DNA of 64,000 nt. Origin: Phallusia mammillata (taxonomy: Eukaryota). The notes under the pieces are model-generated. The model was given only the letters and a program-made list of their open reading frames with translations, did no database searches and was not told where the DNA came from. Position numbers and translations under genes: made by a program. This document shows, piece by piece, positions 34,501-49,500 of the stretch. The first letter of the stretch is position 1, and each line of letters opens with the position of its first letter. The DNA is taken from NCBI GenBank assembly GCA_965637545.1, contig OZ281496.1:22382001-22446000 (forward strand), in the 5' to 3' direction.

Positions 34501-37500
34501 GGGTTAGCAATTCTAAACCAATGTCGAAGACAAGAGTATCGCCATAAAAGGCTGAACAGTTGGGTCAGTTGAGTTGCAATTCCTGACCACCTGAAAAGCT
34601 CATGCGCACTTCTACTGGTAGGCGCACCATAAACTGAGAACCACTGATTTAGGCAAATAATAAACATTTAAACAGTAAACGCGTTTTGCTTGCTAATAGT
34701 TCAAAGTCACGAAAAAAGCTGTTGCAATGGACAGAAATTAGGAAATAGTATTCTTCGGACTGTTTTGCAGAAAAACTACACTGAAGATTGGGATTATGAT
34801 AAACAGATGATATATTTTCCTGCTCATATTACCCCTGGTTACGAATCTAGCGCTGAAGTCAAGAAAGTGCAAAGTGACGTAAGTATCATATTTTTGTAAA
34901 TATTTAGTCTTCAAATTTTTTTTTAAATGTTTAGTCTTCAAATGTAAATTCGTCCTTTGTTAGCAGTCTGATATAAATTCAGTTTAGTAAGAATTAAGTT
35001 TATTTTCTTTTAGGCCCAGTATAAGAAGGATCATGAGCAAAACAAGGCCAAAAATACTTTCGACGTCACTGGCACTCAGAGATATGAAGAAATGAAAGCA
35101 ACACACAGCGCCACCTCTGATGTAATACTTTAAGTCGAACTGTATTTAGTTTTATCATATGTGTCTTGTTTTTACTTTGATCGACTCTTCAAGTATGAAC
35201 AATTTTTCCACAACCAATATTGTATACCATGTTAGCCACATCTGTTTGGGACATTTCTGATTGAAAATATTTGATTCTATTTCAGGTCAAATACAAGGAA
35301 GGTTTTCGAAAGAATCAGGGAACTGCCATGCAGATTCCTGAAACTGAAGAGATGGCTCGATCCAAAGAACTGTATCCTGTTCTAAGCAAACAAGCTTATT
35401 CAGAGAAATCCAAGGAGGCACATAAGAATGTCAATGTCGGACCAGGTAATAAAAGCATTGTTAATCATTCCACAAAAACCTATCTAAGTGTTTTATTCAA
35501 ATGTGTAATGTAAGGAAGTTTGATCCAAATTCTAGTGTGTACGTTTCAACAGTCTATTCAAGATTTGGTCAACGTTTGTTTCTGATTTTGCTTTGGTCTT
35601 TAGACAGCAATCGACAGTAGAAACTTTGATACGTAACTTTTTAAAACGGATCATTCTGTGTTTAAAATCGTACTTTCTTTCCAGATATTCAGGAAATAGC
35701 ACACGCAGTTGACACCCAGAAACAGGCGTCAACCAACCAATATAAGATGGACTATAAACAGAACATGGTCGGTAAACCACCAGCTGACCCTACATCAGCC
35801 TACCCAGAACATACCCTGCACAAGAAAATGACTCAGCTTACCAGCAAGGTAGCGTTATGCTCATGAAACTTTGGAACATTTTTACACTGAATACTTACCT
35901 ATCCACACCAGCAAAACGCACTTGTTTTAAATTTTCTGATTTGTGTCTTTTTTGGCCTTTTTTCGCAGGTTTGTGCACAAGCACGCTTTCGATAATGGGT
36001 TTATGTTTGAATAACTATACTCTATAGCAGGGGTCCGCAAATACTTTTTGACGCGACCCTAAAAAAATTGCTCTAAATTCTCGCGACCCAAGCATTTAGT
36101 TAGCATGTAAGTTTGTGGAAAATACTAAACAACTAAATGAGAACCGCATGCTTGCACAGATGCGCTTAATTTATTACATTGTTACATAGACTGTATGTAA
36201 CAGTTACATAGTCATATGTAACAATGTAAAAGCTAATTAAAAGGTTGGAAAAGCCGAAGTTCATTAATGCCGTAGATGCGATACTTATATTCATGGGAAA
36301 TTTAAAATATTTCGCGACCCAGACTAGAAGGTCTCGCGACCCAAATTTGGGTCGCGACCCACTATTTGCGGACCCCTGCTCTATAGTAGTTACCCATTGG
36401 TGTTATACTTGATATTGTCATCTACATGCAATAGTTTTATTTTATTGTACACAAAACGTGAAGGAATAACTTGCTATGTAAAAATCATTTGCATATAATA
36501 TCTTGATCACTAAGGCTTAAAACAAGAAGTTCGGGAGGTTGAACTTGACTCATTTCCATTTCCTCTGCGATCAAATTAGTTTTGAGGTTAAATTTTTATT
36601 CCTGTTCTTTTGTAGCCCGAGTACACCAAGGATTCAGAAAAGTTGCTTCACCGACACCAGCTTCCTGTAGATGCTCCTGAGTTTGTCCGTGCTAAGCAGG
36701 TTGCTCTACAAGCCAGTGATGTAAGTTAAAATATGTGTCGCACTGCATTTTCCATTTAATATTACACAAATTAAATCAGCTCCAACTTTTGTTCTGTGAA
36801 ATTTATTATATAATAGACAATAGTAGATTCTATTTGAATAAGGAAGTAAACAAGTCAGAAATTTTTTAATGGTTTATTATACTGTTGATGTTGAACTTCG
36901 TTCTATATATATGTGCTTTAATTTGCAAGTTAAAGTGTGAAGTATAAATTGTAGGTTTTACTCGAATAAACCGAGCTAAAGTAAACGGTAATTAATGTAA
37001 TCAAAACCCATACAATTTACTGTTTTTACACAGTTTTTGTCGTATATTTTAGATCGAATACAAGAAGCAGAAACAGGAGACAGTGGATCAATATCGTGGT
37101 TATCAGACTTTGGACACACAAGATCACCCAGTTGTACAGCGCGCTGCCCAAGCTGCCCAACTTGCTTCTGAGGTACGTTTTAGTTATTTATCTCCCCATC
37201 TTTAACTCGTTATACTCATTTGAAAATAAATCGTTGCAGAAAGCGTACAAAGAGGATTGGGAGTACGACAAACAAATGATCTATTTCCCTGCTCACATCA
37301 CCCCTGGCTACGAGTCCAGTGCTGACGTCAAAAAAGTTCAGAGTGACGTAAGTAACTGTATTTGTCTATTGCCTGATGGTTATAGGACAGGCGTGTTGTT
37401 TTAGAGCGAGGTTGTTACCAATCTGGTATTTGCTGAACCAATGAGAGTCTATTGTGTTGGATGGTTTGAAGGGGAGTTTTGTAATCATTTTTAGTGACCT

Positions 37501-40500
37501 AGTCAAAACAGCTGCAGTTAAATTTTAATTGGGAGCCCGCGAACTCAATACATCAACATTTTACAGAAAAGGTGTTCTTTTTTACAAATACAAGTCAAGG
37601 ATTACTGCCTTGGAGCTTTAAAATCTAAAAAAAAACGCCATTTGAACATATTAAAACCAGACTTGGCTGAAAGTTGAGATAAATGTAGTACATTATTCGA
37701 TCAAGCCGGGTTTATTTAGTTGATAGAGCGCCAGCCCCAGCTATCCTGCTGTCGTGGGTTCGAATACCACCGCAGGCGAGAATTTTCTAGATTATACTTT
37801 GCCATGTGGAAATGTTTGAATGACCGCCAGTAAGTCTGGGGTGCTTTAAGTGTTTAAATTCTAATCACCTACTGATAAAATTGACTGTTTTTTTCCAGGT
37901 CAGCTACAAGAAAGCATTCGAGAAAACCAAAGCACGCAATGAGTTTAAACCAACGGACACAGAGCGCTACAAAGAGATGAAGCAAATGGACAATGTTGCA
38001 TCTGATGTAAGACTTTATTTGTGGAATTAATTATTAGCAAAACTTTTCTATACGTTGCGACATCTATTTTAGCTTATAGCAGCATGTTTGGGATAAATTC
38101 CATAATGCCTGATGACAAAATTTGAATGTACGTTTAAATATACCTAAATCATTACATGTGAAACGAGTTAGTTTTTGTTTTTTGGTCAGAAACAGTATAT
38201 CACTATAACTTATCTATCGTAAAATGCTTAAATATCTGCAACATCAATCAGTGACTCTGTCAAAATTGTAGCAATATATTTTGTCTTCATTTATTAATTA
38301 TAACTTTAGATCAAATAATGAATTTCCTGTCGTTTTTTATCGATTCACATGTAACCCCCTTTTTCGTCTCCAGGTTAAGTACAAGGAGGAATACGAGAAA
38401 AACAAGGGCAAGGGATCAAGTATTTTGGAGACGCACGAGATGGTGCTGTCGAAAGAATTGCGACCCGTGCAAAGCAAGAAGTTGTATACGGAACAGTCGA
38501 AGGAGATGCATAAGAACGTCAACGTTAACAAGGGTAACCATCGTCGGTGTTTTTGATGCTCGTAGTTCGGCCAAGCAGTTGCACAAACTGATCCGAGCAT
38601 TAAAATTACATGTTCATGGCCTGCTAACATACGAAACCGGTGACGTTAGGGATCTTGGAAAGCTAAAAAACTAGGGTTGTATTTGGAATTTATGTGACGT
38701 CACAATGAACCGAGCATTAACATGTAATGCTGAGTATTCAACCAAAATATGAAATTTGCAGTTTTGGCCTATCCCTAGTACTTGCAATGGTATTCGAACA
38801 CAGGCGTAAGAATACTTAACAGCGAGGGCAAAATATAGTTTTGTTTAGTTCTTTTTTTGTAAAGGTGAGATAAAATTTCGACCCTAAAACCGTTTCGATT
38901 GAAATGTTCACCTGGCTTAATCTGTATGTAATTAGATGGCCAGGAGATCGCTCTTGCTGTTTCATCTCAACAACTTGCTTCACCTGGTCCTTACCGCAAG
39001 GAATATAAGCAGAAGATGGTCGGTAAAGGACCCACAGATCCAGCAGTGGCTTACCCAGAGCATGATCTTCATAGAAAGGCGTCTAACCTTGCTAGCAACG
39101 TAAGTTGTGTTATAAGTTATGACATAATGTGTATAGTTTATCATATTATGTACACGCTCAAGACCTGTTTGAAAAGTCGTCCATAACAAAAACTTTAAAA
39201 AAAAGTTTAAAGAAAAGGAGAAAGATAAAATCACTTTTTTACCTAATAAAGCACGAGGTCTTTCGTAAATCAAGTAAAGTAAAAAGAAAACGTAAAATAC
39301 TTTAACCTCAAGTCACAAAGAAGACTGTTATGCAGCATTAATACATCTTCTTTTCACAAGGCTGACTATCAGAAGGAAGCTGCAAAAAACATGGCTCGCC
39401 ATCAACTGCCAGTTGATGCTCCTGAGTTTATTCGAGCCAAGGAGGCAGCGAAAAATGCTAGTGACGTAAGTTAACATAAACAAGTTAAAATTTTACGCAA
39501 CTAACGTACTGTACACAATTTTTTATTAACTTAAAGTTTATTTCTGAGTTGTTGTTGAGTTTCTTTAACGTTGCAGTTTTTGAAACAAACATTTGTTTGA
39601 TCAAAAAGTGTATCTTGTTTACAGCTTGAATACCAGAAGCAAAGGAATGAAGTGATTGCCAACTACAGAGGTTTCCAAACTATGGACAGCTCCGAACATC
39701 CCATCGTTCAACACGGGATTAAGGCAGCTGAATTGGCATCAAACGTTAGTGAACAGTTTGCATATCTTTTATACTGTTACCTACCCATTATCATTGCATT
39801 TGCATTAACACAGACAGTAACGGTAAAGTGGTGAATCAAACAAATTTAAATAAATGCACTGTCTATTTCAAAAAGGTGTATATATGTTTTACTCAAAGAC
39901 TAATAAATACCGGAATAAATAACAACTGATTGACTAATTTTGAAGCACCGGGCTACCGTTCTTGTACTGAATGTTGTTCAATTGAAAAATGGTTGTTAAT
40001 AATTCAAACGTCTATTTTGTGTTTGTTTTAACCTTTTCGCTTAATTAAACAAAAATACCCACTGAAGGTTGTCTAAACCAGTGGTCGGCAACCGCCGGTC
40101 CGCGGCCCGGTACCGGTCCGCGACGAGTTGGTTACCGGGCCGTATAATTTTCAGGTTAAATGCTACAAAACATTTTGCCCATGTATCCCGGGGTTGATAA
40201 ACTAATTTAACGTTTTTATCTCTAAATATTTGTAGTTTTTTTTGAAGACCGGTCCGCGATAAAATTTCACCTTCTAAAGCGGTCCGCAGTGCAAAAAAGG
40301 TTGCCTATACCCCTTGTCTAAACAAGTCGAAATACGCCCCAGACATACGCATTTCGAGTATTTTGTACGTAAAGAAATCGCTTTCAATTTTTATTATGCT
40401 GCTAGGTTTTGCGTTTTAATCCACCGTTATTGTGTTATGTACAGACGCTATATACTGAGGACTGGGATTATGACAAACAAATGATTTACTTTCCTGCTCA

Positions 40501-43500
40501 TATTACACCCGGATACGAATCAAACGCTGACGTCAAGAAAGTTCAAAGTGATGTAAGTAATTTTGAAGTGGTTACTATGGGTGATGCAATAAAGTTTGTA
40601 CAACACGAAACTTTTCCGGATAGGTTTCGTACAAAAAAGACTTCGAAAGTAGTAAAGCGAACAACCAATTTCGACCGACCGACACCGAACATTACAAGGA
40701 TATGAAGAAAAATGAATCAACCTCGTCTGATGTAAGTCCCATTATAATGTTTTGTCAAAACTTTATTTTTTAACTTGCAAGGGTTTTTTTTCTCCAAAAC
40801 TTCCTCATTTCTCACGCACTGGTTTTTTTGTATGTTTTTTTTTAAAATCCAACTGCCAAATCGGGTTTGTGAAGTCTCTGATCAAAAACGGTCTAATCTA
40901 ATGAAAACATGTGAATAAATAGAAGTAAGGTTTACTCTTCTGACGTGTCGCTTGTTTATTAGCAGCGTTTTAATAACAATAGGCGAATTTTAGTTTTTAA
41001 TTACCTCATGTTGTTTTATCTTTTTCTAAATGTTAACAGGTTTTTGTATTTGCAAGTTTGAATTCTAAAGTTTTATTCAAAGACTATTAATCATTGCGGT
41101 TCAATCCAAGATCTACAATAACAGCATTTTGGTTCGTTTAAATTGATCTAGGTCAAGTATAAGGAGGAGTACGAAAAGAACAAGGGAAAAGGTTCAAATG
41201 TTGCCGAGACGCACGAGATGACTTTGTCCAAAGAACTTCGTCCTGTGCAAAGCAACAAACTTTACACAGAACAATCGAAGGCAATGCGCAAAAATGTTAA
41301 TGTCGGTTCAGGTAAACCCAAGACCCTCTGAAAACATTTTGTTTGTTGAAACAAAAGCTTGTTTAGCGGGCGGTAAATGAAAAAAAGTGGGACAGTTGTA
41401 AACTAAATACGAAATGCTTGCTCTTCTAACGGTTATCAAAGATTACGTAATGCGAAATTATAACGAACTGTTTTTTGAAAGTAATTCTGTTGTGTGTGTT
41501 TTTGTGTGTTATGTGAAAAAAAAGCGTAGAAAAAAATTTTTTTTTTAAAAGACGTGACCAAACTTCTTGATTTTGTACTGGTATAGCCGTATAGACAAAT
41601 GATTTCGATTTGCAGATATCCAAGAAATCACCCACGCGGTGTCAGCACAGAAGCTGTCTTCTGACCAACCTTACACTGCCGACTACAAACAGCAGATGGT
41701 TGGCAAGGGAAGAAGCGACCCAGCAAACGCTTACCCCGAAGTGAAACATCACCGCGATGTTCACAAGTTTGTCAGCCCGGTAAAACTCTTTTGTAACACT
41801 TACTGTTGGTTAGAAATGGGCAAAACTACAATTGTTTTGTGTGAACTTTCTCGTAACACTGCTAGCAAGCATACTCGGAATGATGTGTTGAAAATTAGAT
41901 TGATTACAAATTACTTAAAAGAAAGTCCGCTTGGGTTGTCATTAAAACTATAGTTTGAAAGCTTTAAGAAACACATATCTTAGTATTTGAATACTGGTTT
42001 AATCAGGTTGGTCGTTTCCACCAATACCTTTATCAGTCCTGGCTTAAAAACAAAGTAGTAGCAGTAAATGTTCTAAGTTTCCAGGTTAATGTTGATATCA
42101 TTTAGTTCGAATTAACACAAATAATAAATATCCGTTTTATCTTCATGTAAAACACGTTTTTTTGCCCCACGCAAGCCTAATTTGTTGTAGCTTCTTTGTT
42201 AGAAATCTGTTGCCCATCACATGACATAACATATTCTTTGCGGCAAAAAAACTAAAAAACTGTAATGGGTTTCTACATAAATAAACTGCAATAAAATTAC
42301 ATCTTGTAAACAACTGACCAATGTTAATTTTTCAGGCTGAATACCAAAAGGAAGCAGAAAAGATGATGCACCATCATAATCTGCCACTCGACTATCCAGA
42401 GTTTGTTCGAGCTAAAACAGCGGCTAAAAATGCCAGTGATGTAAGTACTTCAGATTCGACCAAATTCGCTGCTAAGTTATCACGAAATCAGCGGAAAATG
42501 TATATTTGTTGAAGTTGTAACAAAATATTGTGGCATATTATTTTGGTTTTTGCACTTTAGATTGAGTACCAGAAGCAGAAACAAGAAACTGTTGACAAGT
42601 ACAAGGGCTTTCAAACCATGGACAGCACTGAACATCCTATTGTACAACGTGGAATTCAAGTAGCAGAACTTCAGTCCAACGTAAGTGGAAAACATGCCCA
42701 TGCAATTTAATTCTCTTGAATAAAATTTTGTAAACCAAAGCAAACAAAAAATAAAAATAAATATAAAAAATTAATTGAAATAAAATTTAGTGACTAAATT
42801 AAAATTTTATTTTTACTAAATTTTAGTCCAATGAAAATAAACAAGAATTTTTTTGTGTTGTGAAATCATTTGTAGGCTTTGTACAAGGAAGATTGGGAGT
42901 ACGACAAACAAAACATCTACTTTCCTGCTCACATCACCCCTGGTTACGAAGCAAATGCTGACGTCAAGAAAGTCCAAAGTGACGTAAGCACCACTGTTGC
43001 TAACGAATCAACTTAAAAAAGCATCATGCTTAAACTATTTGGTTTTTATTTCTTGCAGGTTACATATAAGCAACAGTTTGAACAAAACAAGGACAAGAAT
43101 CGGTTTGATGTCACCGACACTGATCGCTACAAGTCCATGAAAGATGCGGAAAAAACTTCATCCGATGTGAGTATAAGTTCTTGACTTTCTTTCTTTGGAA
43201 GCTGTATATAAAATCTTGTTTAATATGCTTCAAACCGAGGCAACAATTAAAATCCATTTCAAATTTTTAGGTAAAATACAAAGAAGATTACGAGAAAAAC
43301 AAGGGTGTAGGACTTTTGCCGCTCGCTGAGTCAAACGAGATGACGCTTTCCAAAGAACTTCGTCCAGTCCTGAGTAAAAAGATGTACACGGAAAAATCAA
43401 AGGAAATGCAACAGACGGTCAATGTCGGATCAGGTATTAAAAAAATATTTAGAAATGCTCTGAGATCACATTGTCGGTCTCGTTTTATAAGCCTACAGTG

Positions 43501-46500
43501 AAAGCATATTTCTTAATGCTTGAAATTCTCTTAAAAATATGGGGTAAAACTAGCACATTAAGCATGAAAGTAGGTTTTGGAATAGCTGATGTAATTGTTG
43601 TTTTGTAGCAATGAACAAAAAAGAACAATACTGTTTTCTAGTACTGGCGTAAAAATGTATCCAGTATTTAAGACAAAATTTACAAACAATTCAACAAAGT
43701 TATGGTGTTGCTTGTTTTCCCTAAACTGACTACAATTGTGTAAAGGTTTTAAAATGTATTTTAATAGTTTCTTGTATTGCAACAGCGACTTAGTATTTAC
43801 GTTCTATTTTTGTCTTAAAGACATTCAAGAAATCCAGCATGCGTTGGGCGCACAGAAGGTGGCGTCTGATAAAACATATAAGCAGGAATATAAGACTAAA
43901 ATAGTTGGAAAGGGGCCAGTGGATCCAGCCAAGTCTTATCCCGAGTATGACAGACTTCGCGAAGTGAATAAAATCATTAGTGTGGTAAGTTAGTTGGGGT
44001 CATTTGTGTAACCAACGTCGCGCAACCTTAAACTATTGCAGGAAATAAATGGTTTGTGCTGTTTCGTAGCCGGAGTATCACAAAGAAGCCGAAAAGATTA
44101 TGCACCACCACAATCTTCCCCTTGACTATCCCGAGTTTGTGAGGGCAAAGGTCACCGCTAAAAACGCCAGTGACGTAAGTTTTCTATTGTGAAGATCCTG
44201 ATAAAACTATATTGCTACCAAACTGGCGATCCGCTACGACAATGCTGTGCGTCATACGAGGCCGGCAGCAGTGCTTGTGATGCGACATACGGCGGGCTTT
44301 CCAATTAACCCCCCCCCCCCCCCCCCGTACATGGCCCTGCTGTGTGGCTCCGTTGGTAGAGCACCATTCCCCGAAAAGGCTTTTGTCGTGGGTTCGAATC
44401 CCACCACATACTAGATTTTTGAACCTGCTCCTCGCTATATGGGAACACTTGGAAGACCACCTTGATTCGTAGCAATTGCCTAGACGTGTTGTACTATAAT
44501 ATTTCCTATATAAATCCTATATTATGTCGCTTTTTAGAGGGAATACCAGAAGCAACGCAAGGAGGTGATTGATACTTACAAAGGATTCCAAAATATGGAC
44601 AGCAAAGATCATCCCATTGTCCAACACGGAATCAAAGCAGCTGAACTAGTTTCCAATGTAAGTTTCAATACAAAACTATGTACAGGTTAGGATATAGGAA
44701 TAGCATTCCAGAGTTAACATATACTGTACTTTGTAACAAAAATTTCATAACAAAACACTTTACAGTTTAAGACATAGCTTCCCAGGGGAAAACATATGCC
44801 GTACTTTAATATTGGCCCTATACCTTGTAGGTCACATCGGGGTGACGTCATTTGACGTACTTGACGTATTTTGACGTAAACATACTTTGTTTTTAGGCTT
44901 TGTACAAGGAAGATTGGGAGTACGACAAACAAATGATTTACTTTCCTGCTCATATTACACCTGGTTACGAGTCGGCCGCTGACGTCAAAAAGGTTCAAAG
45001 TGACGTAAGTGCACCAGAATGGGTGAAAATGCATCGTGCAAGCGAATATGCTCACCAATGTTTTTTGCAGGTCACTTACAAAGGAGATTTCGAGAAAAAC
45101 AAGGACAAGAACAACTTTAAGTTAACCGACACCGAGCACTACAAGGCAATGAAGGAAACTGATAAAACTTCTTCTGATGTAAGATTTGTTGAAAAACAAA
45201 CTTAAGTTGCGGTTCGGCAATGGGTTAATTGTATGAAGCTCACTAAAATAACCCCTTTCAGGAAATAATTCTGAGGTGATAAATCAAAGGCCAGGACAGT
45301 GAATTTGGCCCAGCAGAAAATATTTTGCAAAAATGTCCTGGCCCACTATATTAATAATATTTCAAGGTTTCCTTATCTTAAGATTTTTTGACAGACTTCG
45401 GTACTGTTTTAAGGTGATTTATTTATTTCAAACTACCACTTTCCGAGGCCACAAAACAAGAGTAATATTAAAATTACGATGCAAACACTTTCGCCTTTGC
45501 TATGTAAATAAACAAGCTACAAAGTCATCTTGGGAAAATTATCTTATTCTTCAAGTTTATGGTGTTGCTTCGTTTAGGTGAAATTATGTTTTCTTTAATG
45601 TACGAAGCTGTGCTGTTAGCAGAGTAAATCACACAATAAATGAAAAAAATTGCTAGGGTAATGTCTGCATACGTACATGTTCGAGGACGATTTTCTATTT
45701 TGTCTGTTTCGCCTTATAATATAAGGACAAACGTTACATGTGACACTACACAGGTTAAGTACAAGGAGGAATACGAGAAAAACAAGGGAACTGGATTTTC
45801 GCAACTTGCCGAAACTCACGAGATGGTGCTGTCCAAAGATCTTCGTCCTGTTGTAAGCAAGAAGCTTTACGAGGAAAAGTCCAAGGAGATGCACAAAAAT
45901 GTGACAGTTGGACAAGGTAAACAGATTGAGCTTTATTGTTTCGCATGGCTATGGTGTAATCCTCAATCTGGCCATATAAATGTAAATATGAACTTCTTTA
46001 GATTATCTGCTTTAAAATCGTTTTTGATTAACAGATGTTCAGGAAATTGCCCATGCACTCTCGACTCAGAAATTGTCTTCTGGTCAAAACTACAAGGCCG
46101 ATTATGAAAAGAACATGGTTGGCAAAGGACCAGCAGATGCTGCGAAGTCTTATCCTGAATACGATCATCTTCGCCAAGTCAGCAAACAATCCAGTGCGGT
46201 AAGCTAAATACCTTTTTCATGTGTTAATGAAAATTACTTAACATACGTTTAGTTTGAACGAACATGGATTAATTTTTTTGTCAAATGCAATCTCTTATCT
46301 CATTTTTTCTGTTTTTATTCAGGCTGAATATCACAAAGATGCTGAAAAGATTATGCATCATCACAACCTACCTTTGGACTATCCGGAGTTCGTTAGAGCG
46401 AAGATTACAGCTAAAAACGCCAGTGACGTAAGTGTACATTTAAAATTTTCGTACATTGCTTCATTAAACTTTGTCTACAATAGATATCCTGTGGATTTCT

Positions 46501-49500
46501 GTAGACTTTGAGCGTTTTGCAAAATTAAGCGCTGAGGACTTTATCGTAAATAATCAATAGATCAATTTGAGAAGAAACGATAATTTTTGTTTTTCATTTT
46601 CCATAAAAGTAATGCAAAATAATAAAAGGTTGAAAACAATTGGTGTTCTTGTGTTTCTTTTTAGACTGAATATAGAAAGCAGCGCAAAGAGGTGATTGAT
46701 ACTTACAAAGGATTTCAAAATATGGACAGCAAAGACCATCCCATTGTCCAACACGGGATCAAAGCTGCAGAACTGATCTCGAATGTAAGCAAAAACATTA
46801 TCTCAAACGTTATATTTGAACAACGCATTTTACCTCAGTTTTTGATATTGGAGTGAAAGTTGTAAAACACTTTATTGTAAACAGGCACTGTATAAAGAAG
46901 ATTGGGAGTACGACAAACAAATGATTTACTTCCCAGCTCATATTACACCCGGTTACGAAGCAAATGCTGACGTCAAGAAAGTCCAGAGTGACGTAAGTGC
47001 TTTTGAAAATGGCAGTCTCTCCACAAGTGAAGAGTACAATCCAATTTAAAGTTATCCTTTTTAGGTGATATACAAAGAAAACTACGAGAAAACTAAAGAC
47101 AAGAATCACTTCTTGATGACTGAAACAGATCGGTACAAGGCCATGAAAGAGAGCGACAAATCAGCCTCTGAAGTAAGTAACATTTTTTGTTCATTTATTT
47201 CTAGTTAGTTTTCAAACAATTTTATGTGATTTTGGCAAAAAGCATTTTCTGAAAAGCTTTATTTATTTTTGCTGGAAAATTTAGGTCAAGTACAGGGAGG
47301 ACTATGAGAAGGAAAAAGAGAACGGCAAAGGAATGCAGGTTGCTGAAACACACGAGATGGTGCTTGCTAAAGAACTGAAGCCAGTCCAGAGCAAGAAGAT
47401 GTACGAAGAAGGGTCAAAAAAATTGCTCCCGAAGGTTCAAGTAGGATCAGGTAAGAAAACGGAAAATAGTTGGAAAATTGAAATAACTTGAACTGGTCTA
47501 GGGTTCACGTTCTGTCGAACTTAATTTGCTGTTAGAGGTTTTAAGCCATTCAAAAAGTTTTGTCAAAAATCTGTCTCTTTTGTTTGATTTTGAACTTGCC
47601 ACATCATTTTTATAGAGTCGAGGCTTGTAGTTTAAACTTCGATTCACCCAGCTCGTTGCTTGGTGGATAAAAACTATAAAGAACCTTATGTCTATTGATT
47701 CCAGTTCACAAAAACATTACGTAATTCGTTCTTGTATGTTATCGCCTTTACGACATTGTCAGTATCTGTAAGCAATTAGCATGACACGTTTTCAGTTGAG
47801 CTAAAACATTTTATTGCGTAGTGACGTTACTTCTTTGCACATGAATCGTTGTGCCTGTTGAGTACATCCCAACATTGTTTCCACTTGCAGATATTCAGGA
47901 AATTACGCGAGCCGTGTCATCACAAAAACTCGCATCAGATCGTACTTATCATTCCGAGTACGAGAAGGAAATGGTGGGAAAAGCGCCACAAGATTTGGCG
48001 AAATCCTACCCAGAATATGATAGACTGCGTGATGTGTCCAAACTCACCAGCAAGGTTGGAAATGCGATATTCACAAATGGATAATAGTTATAGCATTCAA
48101 CCATTGCATCGTTTTTGAATACTAATTGATGATCTTATTCATGATATTTCCTTAACTGATATTAAATGATGTGGTAGTTTGAATTTGAGCTTCTTGTTGT
48201 ATTATGCTGGTTTTCAGCATCGTCCAGCAATGGGTTGTCAAGAATATTTTTAGTGGCCTACAGAGCTGCTTTAACTTAGTATTTTATTATCAAATAAGCT
48301 GTTATAATCGCTCATGACCGTTTATCTGTACATATTTTCAAAGTTTGACTGCATGCAATCAGCCCAAAACCACTAATTTTGACCAAATATTCAGGTTGTG
48401 GCAAAAGTTTTTGGGAACCACTGCACTTTCTAAATAAATGCACAAAATACATATAAATCTTTGGTGGTTTTAGGCTTTGTATCAGAAAGATGCGGAGAAA
48501 ATTATGCATCACCACAACCTGCCGCTTGACTATCCCGAATTCGTTCGCGCAAAAGAATCCGCCAAGAACGCCAGTGACGTGAGTAACATTATGAATATAA
48601 AGTAACAAAGGTCAATAGAAACTGTATCTGTTCTAAGCTTTTATATTGTTTTTTTTTTGGAAATGGTTGTCCATGTTTTTGTAGAAGTAAATAGTTTTAG
48701 GTTAAGTATTTATTTTGTGTTTAATTTAATTTTTATTATTAGATTGAATATCAAAAGCAGCGCAAGGAAACTATCGATAAATATCGTGGATTCCAAACAA
48801 TGGACAGCAAAGACCATCCCATTGTTCAACACGGAATTAAGGCTGCCGATCTCATATCCGATGTGAGTTAATTGTAAAGTTTATTTAAATTCTAAACATT
48901 GAATACCCAAAGACATGTAAATACAATTGATGTATATCGTACGCCAACTTTGTTGTACATACTTTACATACTATGCTAAAATTTTGTTATTTTCAAAGAA
49001 GTTGTTTACGTAACTCATAGCTAAAGTTTGAACTACGTTTGTGCTTGGCGTCTTGCAGAGACTTTACAAGGAAGATTGGGAATATGAGAAGAATCTTATC
49101 TTTTACCCAGTCCATGTAACACCTGGTTACGAGCAGGCTTTGGAAGCAAGCAAGTTCCAAAGCATGGTAAAACTGTCTACACGTTTTATCTTTCTAATAA
49201 ACCACAAACAAGCTTAAGCACATATTTCTTTAGGCTGCATACAAGAAGGATGCTGAGAAATCGAAGATGAAAAATAACTTCCGTGTGACTGATACGGAAC
49301 AATATCAAGCTGCACAAAACCTTCTTAATCTTGTGTCAGAGGTAAAATGTCCAGATGGTTGTATTTGTAAGTCCCAGTCACATAATGCTTTTCAATGACA
49401 GTGCAGCTACAGCCAGGTTCACCTGTGCTTTCTGCTACTTCGCGCTCATAACGCTTAAACTTTACGTAACTTTGTCCTGCTTGATTGTGGTAGTGGAGGG

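Noticed and set aside
44333-44410. Possible tRNA genes at 44333 and 37705
   Set aside because: They have A/B boxes but no coherent acceptor or anticodon stems, and they share a non-tRNA tail. Treated as SINEs.
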